Assembly (NCBI GenBank): GCA_963831295.1
Contig: CAWHPR010000002.1
Coordinates: 319,964-383,963, forward strand
Length of the DNA: 64,000 nt
Direction of reading: 5' to 3'
DNA from: an uncultured Thermoleophilia bacterium
Lineage (GTDB): Bacteria; Actinomycetota; Thermoleophilia; UBA2241
The translations under genes and the position numbers were made by a program. Under the pieces are notes generated by a model, which saw nothing but the letters and a program-made list of their open reading frames with translations, searched no databases and was not told the DNA's origin. Each line of letters begins with the position of its first letter. The stretch's first letter is position 1. Below are positions 30,637 to 40,263 of the stretch, piece by piece.

Positions 30637-31452
30637 CTACGCCCTCGGCACCTCCCCGCGCCGTGCGGCCACCCGGTCTCCCGGGACCCGCTCACACACG
30701 ATGCAGTGGACGCCGAGCGACGTCAGCTCGTCGCGGATGGCTTCGTCGACGCCGTCATCGACGATCGCGGTGTCGACCCGGTCGAGCCCGCAGATGACGA
30801 CATCGGCCACCACGCCGATCTTGCTACGGTCGGCGAGCACGACGACCTCGCCGCGTGTCTGGTCGAGCATGGCGCGCTCCATGCTGGCGATACCGACCGT
30901 CGGGGTCGTCAGCCCTTCCTCGAGATCGAGGCCGTCGACACCCAGCAGCATGAGGCTGGCGTGGAACCGGCCGATCTGCTCGACTCCAAGGGGGCCGTCG
31001 ACCGAGTTCGAACGCGGCCGGTAGTGGCCGCCGACGAGGATCACCTCGAGGCTCAGGCCCTGCGATTCGGCCAGCGCCCCCGCGTTGTGCGTGATGACGC
31101 GCGCCTCGAGCGAGGGATCGACATGGCGCAAGACCTGCGCCGCCGTCGTACCGGCGCTCAGAAACACGGTCTCGCCGGGCCGGATGAGCGCCGCCGCAGT
31201 CTGGGCGATGTGGCGCTTCTGCTCGGCGTTGGCCGTCACGTTGTCGAGGTACAGAGCCTCCTCGACCATGCGCCGCCTGAGGACGGCGCCACCGTGCGTG
31301 CGCACGAGCACACCCTCGGCCTCGAGGCGCTCGAGGTCGCGGCGGATCGTCATCTCGGAGACGCGAAGATCGTCGCTCAGCGAGGAGACGCGCACGGCGC
31401 GCCGCTCCTGCAGCAGCTCCCTGATGCGCCTGCGACGCTGGGCCGGGATCAT
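30637..31452 (-). CDS. DeoR/GlpR-family transcriptional regulator (copy 1)
   Basis: HTH VSEMTIRRDLERLE...RTHGGA, GTT, LVGG, VLADRSKIG. Confidence 0.95.
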   Translation of the reverse strand: MIPAQRRRRIRELLQERRAVRVSSLSDDLRVSEMTIRRDLERLEAEGVLVRTHGGAVLRRRMVEEALYLDNVTANAEQKRHIAQTAAALIRPGETVFLSAGTTAAQVLRHVDPSLEARVITHNAGALAESQGLSLEVILVGGHYRPRSNSVDGPLGVEQIGRFHASLMLLGVDGLDLEEGLTTPTVGIASMERAMLDQTRGEVVVLADRSKIGVVADVVICGLDRVDTAIVDDGVDEAIRDELTSLGVHCIVCERVPGDRVAARRGEVPRA

Positions 31453-31518
31453 CTCTGAGGGCTCCGGCGCGCCGTGTGACGGTATGATCGCTCAGCCTCC
31501 GCTCGCATGGGCAAACAT

Positions 31519-31561
31519 CACAAAGTCGCACATATTGTAACTGAGCCCTGGGGGGTGTCAA
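31519..31561 (-). promoter_or_regulatory. Housekeeping-sigma promoter with putative DeoR operator
   Basis: On the minus strand: TTGACA (31561-31556), 16 bp, TACAAT (31539-31534), then ATGTGCGACTTTGTG. Confidence 0.7.
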
Positions 31562-31728
31562 GCGTGACGGCGAACAGAACCGCACAGTCGCGCGGCAAGT
31601 GGCCGGTGGCGCACCAAAGACTTCACACTGACCGCGGAGCCGGCCCAGGAAGGCGTCGTCGCAGGGCGTGGATCAGAACGCCGGGCCGTGCTCGCGGCGC
31701 GTCCGGGCGCCGTCGCCCCGCGGCCGGC

Positions 31729-32544
31729 TCACCAGTCGGAGAAGCCCTCGTTGTACCAGATCTTCGAGGCGCCCTTCTTGGCGCGCTTGTTCCACTTCTT
31801 CGACTTCGGCTCGGCCTCGACGCGGGCCAGCAGCGTGTCCGCCTGCGCCTGGATGCGCGCGCGCATCTCGGGCGTCAGCGCCGGCACCTGCTCGCAGTGC
31901 TTCTTCACCTTCGGCAGGTTGAGCTGCGTCGCCGTGTACCAGAAGCCCCAGTCCTCGGCGAAGCGCCGCGCGACGTAGTCCATGTTGATCTTGCGCTCGT
32001 CGTCGGCGCCCAGCTCGCAGGTCACGAAGAGGTACTCGATGTCCTTGAGGTCCTTGTCGTTGATCTCGACGATCTGCAGCTTCTGCAGCAGGATGTCGGA
32101 GAGCGGCACGGACCAGGGATCCTTGTCGAGCCGGCCCGCGTAGTCCACCTCGTGACAGTAGTCGAGCTTGTCGAAGAAGACGTCGATCATGGGCACGGCG
32201 CCGGCGTAGTAGATGTGCCGGGTCTTGCCGGACATGACCATCGTCTCCTGGTCGCACTCGTAGCCCATGTCCTTCATGAAGTCGCGCATCTTGCTGCGAC
32301 CCTTGCCGTACGCCGCGTAGTCGATGTCGGTGAAGTAGCGCTCGCCGAGCCGCTCGAGCCGCGCGTACAGGTCGATCTGGTCCGGGAAGTAGTAGTGGAG
32401 CGCCAGGGGACCCATGACCCGCATCACGATGCCGCGCTTCTCCCCCTCTTCGACGAGCCGCTTGCCCTCCGCAAGAAAGACCTCGGGGCCCGGGTACTCG
32501 GCGATCGGGATGTCCTTCGGCAGGATGAACGGTTTCTGTGCCAT
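31729..32544 (-). CDS. Uncharacterised Pol-beta-like nucleotidyltransferase-fold protein (copy 1)
   Basis: RVMGPLAL, FTDID, IDVF give the G-x-x-A / DxD / third Asp layout. Paralog of 38466-39275. Confidence 0.7.
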   Translation of the reverse strand: MAQKPFILPKDIPIAEYPGPEVFLAEGKRLVEEGEKRGIVMRVMGPLALHYYFPDQIDLYARLERLGERYFTDIDYAAYGKGRSKMRDFMKDMGYECDQETMVMSGKTRHIYYAGAVPMIDVFFDKLDYCHEVDYAGRLDKDPWSVPLSDILLQKLQIVEINDKDLKDIEYLFVTCELGADDERKINMDYVARRFAEDWGFWYTATQLNLPKVKKHCEQVPALTPEMRARIQAQADTLLARVEAEPKSKKWNKRAKKGASKIWYNEGFSDW

Positions 32545-32729
32545 GGTGCCTCACGGCCTCCTTCTCGCGACTCGCCGCCGCGCACCCGCCGCGGTGACGC
32601 CGCCTCTCGCTGCGCCCGGCCCCCGCGGGGGCCGGGCCGGTTCACCGCTCGCGGAGCACCGGCTGGGCGCCGGCGGCCGCGATGCGGCCGCCGGCGCCCC
32701 CGCCGGCTCAGGCACGAGCTGTCGCGCGC

Positions 32730-34469
32730 TTACTCGACCGGGATCTCCTTGGCCACGGCCTCGAGCTCCATGCCCTGGTTCTTGCGGACGATCCAGGCGA
32801 CGACCCACACGACGATGGCCGCCACGTAGAGACCGCCCATGAAGAGGGCTGACTCCCACAGGTTGATGTAGTAGACCCCGTCGGGATCCCAGACGAACAT
32901 GTAGATGTTGAAGATCATGAAGGCGCAGTAGACGGCCGCCACGATCGCCATCCACGGGATGCCGGCGATCTCTCCCTTCGGCAGCGAGGAGCTCTCCCAG
33001 ATGCTGCGGGCGCGCCACTTCATGACCATGAAGGCGAGCCCGCTGCCGAGGAACATGATGATGATGCCGAACGTCGCATCGTAGGTGAAGAGCTTGACGA
33101 TCGTGACCCCGCGCTCCTCCACGATGGGCGTGTAGGCGTAGAGCGCCGCCACGATGGTCGACGGGATCGTCATCAGCACGAGGGCGATGACCGGGACGCC
33201 GCCGCTCGTCACCCTCGCAGCGGCTTCAGGCAGGATCCTGTCGAAGGCCGACGCGAAGATCATACGCGTCGAGGAGAGGAAGAGCGTCCCGAACCACCCG
33301 AAGAGCAGCAGCGAGATGGCGGCGATCAGGATGACCTGGAAGGCCGCGTTGGGCACGATCCAGGAGATCATCGCCGTGGGCGAGACGTAGTCACCGCCGA
33401 TCGGCGAGACTCCCCACCAGAAGGCCGCCATCGTGCCCATGAAGGCCTGGTAGCCGACCTTCCACGTCATGAGCCCGAGGAAGGCGAGCGCAATGAACGT
33501 GGGCACGAGGAGACCGCCGAGCATCTGGTAGATGTTCTTGCGGAAGTCCTTGGCGCCCCGCACCTCGCCGTAGAGCGTCGCCCCCCAGTTCGGCCACGCC
33601 ATCCAGAACAGCATGAGGGGGATGAGGGCCCAGGTGGCCCAGCTGAGACCACCCGAGAAGGTCGACTCCGGCATTTCCGTGCCCTCGCCGACGGCCTCGA
33701 TGGCCTCGAAGGCGCCGGCGTGGGACTGACCCTCAGCAACGACCATGTTGCCGTCGTCATCGTAGACGAACACGCCGTTCGCGTCCTGCTCGTAGACCGT
33801 GAGGTCGAGCAGCCCCGCCTCGCCGCCGTAGTACTTCTCGGCCGCGTCGTTGAACCGGTCCTTGAAGGTGTCGCCCGAGGTGACGAGCAGTAGGACGCCG
33901 CAGACGATCACGCCGGCGAGGCCGATCCACATGGCCCACTTCTGGAACCTCGCGTACGCCTTCATGCCTACCGCGACGAGAGTGGAGGCGATGGCGATGA
34001 CCACGAGGGACGCGATGAAGATGCCCGTCCGGCTCCCCAGCCAGTCGGCGGCGCTGTGCCAGCCGATGATCCGGAGGATCGGCTTGATGGTGGTCTGAAC
34101 GCCCATGTCGGCGTAGATCGGGGTCCAGAGCCAGAGGATGAACCACCAGCCCACGGCGGCGATCACGAAGCCCACCGAGCTGTGGAAGATGCGTGTCATC
34201 CATACGTAGTCGCCGCCGGCTCTCGGCATCGCCGAGATGAGGCCGGCGTAGACGATGATCTCGAGGACGATGAAGATGGCGGTGAGGACGATGGCCCAGA
34301 AGAGACTGCCTCCCGGGATGAAGGTCGCGTACGCGAACGACCAGATGGCGAGGAACAGGTTGACCGAGAAGAACGAGTAGCGGAACCCGTCCCCGCCGGA
34401 CCACCCCTTGACCAGGCCGCTGGCCTTGCGCACGAAGAGCGTCTGCTCCGGTGCGGCGTTTGTTGCCAT
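32730..34469 (-). CDS. APC-family amino acid/amine permease (copy 1)
   Basis: LFVRKASGLV, MPRAGGDYVW, about 12-14 hydrophobic helices, RMIFASAFDRILP. Confidence 0.88.
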   Translation of the reverse strand: MATNAAPEQTLFVRKASGLVKGWSGGDGFRYSFFSVNLFLAIWSFAYATFIPGGSLFWAIVLTAIFIVLEIIVYAGLISAMPRAGGDYVWMTRIFHSSVGFVIAAVGWWFILWLWTPIYADMGVQTTIKPILRIIGWHSAADWLGSRTGIFIASLVVIAIASTLVAVGMKAYARFQKWAMWIGLAGVIVCGVLLLVTSGDTFKDRFNDAAEKYYGGEAGLLDLTVYEQDANGVFVYDDDGNMVVAEGQSHAGAFEAIEAVGEGTEMPESTFSGGLSWATWALIPLMLFWMAWPNWGATLYGEVRGAKDFRKNIYQMLGGLLVPTFIALAFLGLMTWKVGYQAFMGTMAAFWWGVSPIGGDYVSPTAMISWIVPNAAFQVILIAAISLLLFGWFGTLFLSSTRMIFASAFDRILPEAAARVTSGGVPVIALVLMTIPSTIVAALYAYTPIVEERGVTIVKLFTYDATFGIIIMFLGSGLAFMVMKWRARSIWESSSLPKGEIAGIPWMAIVAAVYCAFMIFNIYMFVWDPDGVYYINLWESALFMGGLYVAAIVVWVVAWIVRKNQGMELEAVAKEIPVE

Positions 34470-34542
34470 AAGTTGACCCTCCTGTCGAATAGTGACTGCC
34501 GGCGCCATGGCGCCGCCCCCCGGGTGTCGCGCGTCGGCGCGT

Positions 34543-35490
34543 TCACCCCATGGTCAAACGGTACCGCTTGAGCTTGCTCTTGCCGTCGAGCTCCACGATC
34601 ACTCCCGACAGGGTCCCTTCAACGTAGGAGCTCCCGGGATTGATCGCGAGCGTGCGGCCGAGACGCTCGGCGGCACGGCTCTCGTGGATGTGACCGTGCA
34701 ACGAGAGGATGGGCTGGACCTCCTTGATCACCTCCTTGACGGCCGTGGAGCCGACGTGGGCCGTGTCCTGGCCCTGCACCGTCAGCGTCTCCCAGTCGAT
34801 CTTGGGCGCGATGTCGAGGTTGGTGTCGAACGGCGGCGCGTGCAGGCCGAGCACCAGGCGCTCGGGGCCGACCGTCGCCTGCGCGATGATGCCGAGGAGG
34901 CGCTCCTTGAGCGCCGGCTCGTCCTCTTCGCGCGGCGTGTCCCACGGCGTCAGGTTGGTCCAGCCGCTCGAGGCGAGCTGGTAGCCCTCGGGCAGGTCGA
35001 GCACGTTGCCCTCCCCGACCTGGATGTGCCGGGACTCAGCAAGGATGCCGTCGATGTCGTGGCGGTCGTCGTTGCCCGGGCAGACGATGCACTGCAGCCC
35101 GGTGCCCGCGAGGCGCTCGTCGGCCCAGGCGACCCAGTTCGCGACCGTCGTGCGCATCTGCTCGTGGAAGAGCTCATCGAGCTCGTCCGGGTCGCTCGTG
35201 TACGCGTCGCGCTCGGCGGCGCTCATGACGACCGGGTAGTAGCCGTGGTCTCGGATCGCCCTCTGGTTCTTGGCGAGGGCCTCGTCGCCCTCGAGCTCGT
35301 GACGGACGTCCTGCATGTGGAAGACGTATTTGCCCGATCCTTGGTCGATGATCGGCACCACGGCCTTGCCGGTCATGTCGCCGCCGAGGATGAGGACATC
35401 GGCTTCGTAGTGCTTGCCCGAGTTGATGAACTTGCGCCAGCACGCCTCGGAGCCGTGTACGTCGGTGGCGAAGAAGATCCGCGTCGTCAC
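34543..35490 (-). CDS. Icc-related calcineurin-like metallophosphoesterase (copy 1)
   Basis: FATDVHGS, GGDMTGK, PGNDD, HAPP, LHGHIHES, INPGS. Confidence 0.85.
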   Translation of the reverse strand: MTTRIFFATDVHGSEACWRKFINSGKHYEADVLILGGDMTGKAVVPIIDQGSGKYVFHMQDVRHELEGDEALAKNQRAIRDHGYYPVVMSAAERDAYTSDPDELDELFHEQMRTTVANWVAWADERLAGTGLQCIVCPGNDDRHDIDGILAESRHIQVGEGNVLDLPEGYQLASSGWTNLTPWDTPREEDEPALKERLLGIIAQATVGPERLVLGLHAPPFDTNLDIAPKIDWETLTVQGQDTAHVGSTAVKEVIKEVQPILSLHGHIHESRAAERLGRTLAINPGSSYVEGTLSGVIVELDGKSKLKRYRLTMG

Positions 35491-35647
35491 CTGCGCCCTC
35501 CTCTCGGGCTCGTCGTTCGTGTCATGGGCTCAGCTCCTTCCCTCACGATCGAGCACACCACATCATGTACCCAAAGCCCTCGCGCCTTCCAGTCCCGGCA
35601 GGGCCGCTGGGGCCACGCCGCTCCTGCCCGCTTCATTGGCGGGAGGC

Positions 35648-35672
35648 GGCCGCCGGGCCAAGCCCGGCGGCC
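35648..35672. terminator. Intergenic GC-rich hairpin (terminator or mRNA stabiliser)
   Basis: GGCCGCCGGGC-caa-GCCCGGCGGCC, 11-bp stem downstream of APC copy 2. Confidence 0.4.
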
Positions 35673-35732
35673 ACCTTGCCGGTCACCCCCCTCCGCGTGC
35701 TCCGGAGGACGCCGGCGGACGATGCCGCAGAC

Positions 35733-37373
35733 TCACTCCGGCGGCACCTCGAGGAAGGCGTAGTTGACGTCGATCCCCTTGCTCTTGTTGTACGCCCTGG
35801 TGATCCAGTACCAGACCAGACAGACGACGAAGACGCCGCCCACGATCACGTATGGGGTCGTGCCGGTCAGCCCGTAGGCATCGTTCGTGAGGAACAAGGT
35901 CACGGCGATGATGCCGAACACGAACCCGATGAACCCGAAGAGCGAGACCAGCGGGAACCCGCCGATGGTGTACTTCGCACCTGGCGACGCTTCGTACAGC
36001 GCCTTGGCGCGGAACGGCAGGAGCGCAGCCGCCAGCGTGCTGAGGATGAAGACATAGCCGCAGGCCAGCGTCACGCCGAGGGTCAGGCTGAACCACTGAT
36101 CCCAGTAGCTGTAGCCGATGATCACTGGGACGCTGAAGGCGAAGTAGAGCCAGTGCGCGACGGCCGGCGAGCGGAACCGCGGGCTGATCTTCGACACAAA
36201 GGCCGGAAGCGTGCGGTCCAGCGACATGCCCACCATGATGCGCGTCATCCCGATGTAGCAGTTACAGGTGATCTGCAGCGACGCCAGCAGGAAGCTGACC
36301 GCCGTCAGGATGACGATGATCGGGTTCGTCGAGATCACGATGGCGAACATGCCGGGGAAGGGCAGGACGCTGCCGATCCCGTTGCCGGAGTCGCTCACCC
36401 CGTAGTAGTAGGAGTGCGACACGGCATTGAAGAACTGGGTGCCGATCGCGCGCTCCTCGGCCCAGGCGATGAGGGCGAGGACGATGCCCACGCTGATCAT
36501 CGAGCCGACGATGATGAACATCTGGTTCTTGAAGACACGGGCGCCCTTGATCTCGCCGCCCTGCTGCACGCTGTACGACGCCCACTGCAGGCTCGTCCAC
36601 ACGATCGGGATCGCGAGCAGCGTGGCTCCGAACGCGAACTTCGGCAGCAGATTGACGCCGGCGTCGCTGACGTCCTTCTGGACCCAGCTGTAGTAATCCG
36701 GGTTGCCGTCGACGACGTTGGAGAAGTTGTTCATCGCGGTCGCGAACTCAGCCGGCGACGTGCGCAGGAACTGCACGAGCAGGATGACGATCAGGACGCC
36801 GGTCGCCGCAAACATGAAGTACTGCAGGCGCACGTAGTTCTTGAAGCCGGTGACGAGCAGCACCGCGATAGCGGCCGCGCCGATGATGCTGATCGTCACG
36901 ATGCCCTGCGCCGACTGCGCCCAGAGAGCGGCGTCGAGGAGCCCCTGGCTCTCGTAGTGCACGCCCAGACCCATGAAGAGCGGCGCGATACCGAGGCTTG
37001 CCTGGAGCCAGCCCGCGAGCGCGACCCACTGCAGGATCCAGATCACGAAACCGCTCATCACGACCGGGAAGCCGATGGCGCCGCCGAACACGCGGCTCTG
37101 GAAGACGTAGTCGCCGCCCGAGCGTGGCATCGCGGTCGCCAACCAGACGAAGGCGAGGGCGATCGGCAGCTCGAAGAGAATTGCGTAGAGACAGGCTTGC
37201 CACACCGAGACGCCCGGGAAGGCGGCCGGCGCCCACACGAACGTCCACGGGAAGATCACGCCCATGGTCAGGAAGTTGTACATGTACGCCGACCAGGGCG
37301 ACATCACCCTGGACAGCCCCGAGGCCTTGCGGCTGAAGACCTCAGGTTTCGCTGCGGTCACTGTTGCCATCAT
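35733..37373 (-). CDS. APC-family amino acid/amine permease (copy 2)
   Basis: VFSRKASGLSR, MPRSGGDYVF, many hydrophobic helices, YAFLEVPPE end (copy 1 ends AKEIPVE). Confidence 0.88.
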   Translation of the reverse strand: MMATVTAAKPEVFSRKASGLSRVMSPWSAYMYNFLTMGVIFPWTFVWAPAAFPGVSVWQACLYAILFELPIALAFVWLATAMPRSGGDYVFQSRVFGGAIGFPVVMSGFVIWILQWVALAGWLQASLGIAPLFMGLGVHYESQGLLDAALWAQSAQGIVTISIIGAAAIAVLLVTGFKNYVRLQYFMFAATGVLIVILLVQFLRTSPAEFATAMNNFSNVVDGNPDYYSWVQKDVSDAGVNLLPKFAFGATLLAIPIVWTSLQWASYSVQQGGEIKGARVFKNQMFIIVGSMISVGIVLALIAWAEERAIGTQFFNAVSHSYYYGVSDSGNGIGSVLPFPGMFAIVISTNPIIVILTAVSFLLASLQITCNCYIGMTRIMVGMSLDRTLPAFVSKISPRFRSPAVAHWLYFAFSVPVIIGYSYWDQWFSLTLGVTLACGYVFILSTLAAALLPFRAKALYEASPGAKYTIGGFPLVSLFGFIGFVFGIIAVTLFLTNDAYGLTGTTPYVIVGGVFVVCLVWYWITRAYNKSKGIDVNYAFLEVPPE

Positions 37374-37436
37374 TACCCCCAGTCATTGACGTGATGCAGC
37401 CCCCGCGCGAATCGCGGCGGCCGCCCCCCTTGGCCG

Positions 37437-38438
37437 TTATCCCGATGTCATCTGGTATCCGGCCACCTTGCCCGGCGCAAGCGTGAAGATGCACCCGCGG
37501 AGGATGCCTTCACCGTACTCGCTGCCGGGGTTGATCACGGTCGTGCGTCCGACTTTGACGAGGCCGCGAGACTCATGGATGTGTCCGGTGAGGAGCACAA
37601 GAGGCTGGTACTTCTCGACGATCTTGCGGACCGCCGTGCTGCCCGCGGGTGCGCTCTGCGGCACGCCGGCGATGACGACCGGCGTCGGCGGGTCCGTGGA
37701 CCAGTCCAGCTTGGGACAGTCGTCGAGCGTACAGTCGTACGGTGGAACGTGCATGTTGAAGATGGCGTTGGAGAAGTCGTCGATGCCCTCCACGGCCTTC
37801 TCGAGCAGGCCCCCCAGACTCTCTTCGTCGGTCTCCCTCGGCGTGACCCACGGCGTCGGGTTGCTGAACCCGCAGTTGGCCATGGGATACACGTCTTCAA
37901 GAACGACGACCCTCTCCTCGCAATTCACGACGTGCTCGCTGTTCGAGGCGTCGAGCAGGTCGAGCAGGTCCTGCGGGTCGTCGTTGCCGCCCGTCACGTA
38001 GCACTTCACCCCCGTTCCGTCCAGGCGCTCGTCGGCGAGCGCGATCCATCGCTCCAGGCGGGCATGGGCCTCGCGCCGGAACGCTTCGTCGATGTGGCTC
38101 TGGTCGCTCTGCATCTCGCGCAGGTCGTCTTCGCTCACGGTCACATGATAGAAGCCAAGCGTCTCGATGCGCTCCCTGAAGTCGTTGACGGCAGCCTCGC
38201 CGTCCAGGTGGTTGACCTCCTCCTGGAGGGTGACGCGGTAGTGCCCGCCGCCCTCGTCCACGATCGGGATGAGGTACTTGCCCATGATGTCGCCGCCCAT
38301 GATCAGGTGGTCGACCTTGTAGAACGCGGCGCCGTTGATGAACTTGCGGTAGGTGCGCTCGGAGCCGTGGATGTCGGTCGCGTAGAACAAGCGCACCCGC
38401 TCGCCGCCGTCGCCTTCCTTCTTCTTCCAGAATGCCAT
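37437..38438 (-). CDS. Icc-related calcineurin-like metallophosphoesterase (copy 2)
   Basis: YATDIHGS, GGDIMGK, GGNDD, HVPP, LTGHIHES, INPGSEY. Confidence 0.85.
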   Translation of the reverse strand: MAFWKKKEGDGGERVRLFYATDIHGSERTYRKFINGAAFYKVDHLIMGGDIMGKYLIPIVDEGGGHYRVTLQEEVNHLDGEAAVNDFRERIETLGFYHVTVSEDDLREMQSDQSHIDEAFRREAHARLERWIALADERLDGTGVKCYVTGGNDDPQDLLDLLDASNSEHVVNCEERVVVLEDVYPMANCGFSNPTPWVTPRETDEESLGGLLEKAVEGIDDFSNAIFNMHVPPYDCTLDDCPKLDWSTDPPTPVVIAGVPQSAPAGSTAVRKIVEKYQPLVLLTGHIHESRGLVKVGRTTVINPGSEYGEGILRGCIFTLAPGKVAGYQMTSG

Positions 38439-38465
38439 GGACCTGCCGCCTCTCCCGTCTACCGT

Positions 38466-39275
38466 TCAGTCGATCTCGTTGTACCAGCGCTTCTTGTCGC
38501 CGATCTTCGCGCGCAGCTTCCACTTGGTGCCCTTGGGATAGTCGTCCATCGCGCTCAGCACCACGGCGATACGTTGTGACACGACCTTCTTGTCGTTGTC
38601 GTCGAGATCCAGATGCGGAAGGTACGCCCGCACCTTGTCGAGGTTCATGGTGGTGGTGCGCCACAGACCCCACTCCCGAGCGCAGAGCTTGGCGATGCGC
38701 GCCGAGTTGATGTGATCGTCGTCGGCGGCGATCTCGTGCTCGCGCAGCAGCATGATCGTGTCGATGATGTCCTTCTCGTTGATCTTCACGATCTGCATCT
38801 TCTCGAGCAGCAGCTCCGCCAGCGGGATGGTGGGCGAGTCGACCTCGAGCCTTCCCTTCCACGGGATCTCGTGGCAGAAGTAGAGACGGTCCATGAACAC
38901 GTCGACATGGATGTGCTTGCCGGGGTGGTTGAAGATGAGCCGGCCGCCCTCGGCGTGGAAGGCGTTGATCTCGAGGTCCTCGTCATAGCCGAGCGACACG
39001 AAGAGCTCGCGGATCTGCCGGTCCTGCTTGCCGTACCCCGCGAAGTCGATGTCGGTGTAGACGCGGTTGAGCTTGGCCTGGATGAAGCCGAATTCGGGGC
39101 AGTGGTGATGGAAGGCCAGCGCTCCGATGATGCGCAGTGGGACACCCGCGGCGTCGCCGGCTTCGACCACACGCAGCGCCTCGTCTTCGAAGACCTTGGC
39201 CAGGTCGGCGTCGGGGGTACCGACGCCGACTTCGTCACCGACCTGGCCGGCCGGCTGGGTGACTTCATCGTTCAT
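38466..39275 (-). CDS. Uncharacterised Pol-beta-like nucleotidyltransferase-fold protein (copy 2)
   Basis: RIIGALAF, YTDIDF, VDVF. RBS GGGAGG before ATG 39275. Confidence 0.7.
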   Translation of the reverse strand: MNDEVTQPAGQVGDEVGVGTPDADLAKVFEDEALRVVEAGDAAGVPLRIIGALAFHHHCPEFGFIQAKLNRVYTDIDFAGYGKQDRQIRELFVSLGYDEDLEINAFHAEGGRLIFNHPGKHIHVDVFMDRLYFCHEIPWKGRLEVDSPTIPLAELLLEKMQIVKINEKDIIDTIMLLREHEIAADDDHINSARIAKLCAREWGLWRTTTMNLDKVRAYLPHLDLDDNDKKVVSQRIAVVLSAMDDYPKGTKWKLRAKIGDKKRWYNEID

Positions 39276-39351
39276 GTACACCTCCCGGTCCGCGTGACGG
39301 CCGTCCCGGCACGGCCGTCACACCCTCCCGGGCGCCCCCGCGGGCGCCCGC

Positions 39352-40263
39352 CTACACCGTCGCGAGCCACGTAGGGTACTCCGGGTCGCCGGCGTTGCCC
39401 CGCAGCCGGTCGAGACGAGCGTTGCCGTACTCGCGGTAGTCGAAGTCGAGCTTGGACACCTGCTCCTGGATGAACGCCCAGATGCTCCACCACAGGTCGG
39501 CGACGATCTTGTGCAGGAGCATCCGGTGGAACCGGTGCTCCTGCATCTCGCCGCAGTACCGGGTGGCGATGAGGCGCTCCTCGTCGCGCGAGAGCGGGTG
39601 CTCCACACAGAAGTCGCCGAGGTCGAAGTACGGGTCGTTCATCCCGCCGTACTCCCAGTCGATGAGCCACATCCGGCCGGCGTCGTCGAGGATGAAGTTC
39701 TCGGACAGCAGGTCGTTGTGACAGGCGACAGGGCGCGGCATGTCGCGCTCCATCGCCTGTTCGATCTCGGCGCCGATGGCCATGATCCGCGGCCAGTCAG
39801 ACGGGAACCAGGCGTTCGCCTCGCCGGCCATCCGCAGGTAGTCGCGAATCATCGGGAACACGCTCGTGTCGTTGGTGAAGGCGGCCGTGTCGTGGTACGT
39901 CCTGATGACGTCCACCACCTTCTCGAGCCGCTCGGGATGACCGGCCAGGGTGTCGGGATGCATCGTCTCGCCGCGGATGAAGGGCACGACCGTGCACTTC
40001 TCGGGCTCGAGCACGTGCAGCAGCGGCGGCGCCACGCCCGCGGCCGCGGTCGACCGGTGATTGCCGAGCTCCCGCTCGCGGTCGATGAACGCGTCCGTGC
40101 CGGCGCCGGGGATGCGCAGCACGTACTTCCCGCCCCGCCCCCCGTCGACGGTGATCATGTAGTTGTGGTTGGTGATGCCCCCGCCGATCTCCTCGCACTC
40201 GACGTGCTTGCCGCGCCAGTCGTCGATGCGGCCGATGGCGGCCTCGGGTGTCAGCCGCGTCAC
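39352..40263 (-). CDS. Choline/ethanolamine kinase-like phosphotransferase
   Basis: GGGITNHNY, YVLRIPG, Brenner motif CHNDLLSEN, LIDWEYGG, YFDLG. Start overlaps the mtmB-like stop (GTGA). Confidence 0.88.
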   Translation of the reverse strand: MTRLTPEAAIGRIDDWRGKHVECEEIGGGITNHNYMITVDGGRGGKYVLRIPGAGTDAFIDRERELGNHRSTAAAGVAPPLLHVLEPEKCTVVPFIRGETMHPDTLAGHPERLEKVVDVIRTYHDTAAFTNDTSVFPMIRDYLRMAGEANAWFPSDWPRIMAIGAEIEQAMERDMPRPVACHNDLLSENFILDDAGRMWLIDWEYGGMNDPYFDLGDFCVEHPLSRDEERLIATRYCGEMQEHRFHRMLLHKIVADLWWSIWAFIQEQVSKLDFDYREYGNARLDRLRGNAGDPEYPTWLATV

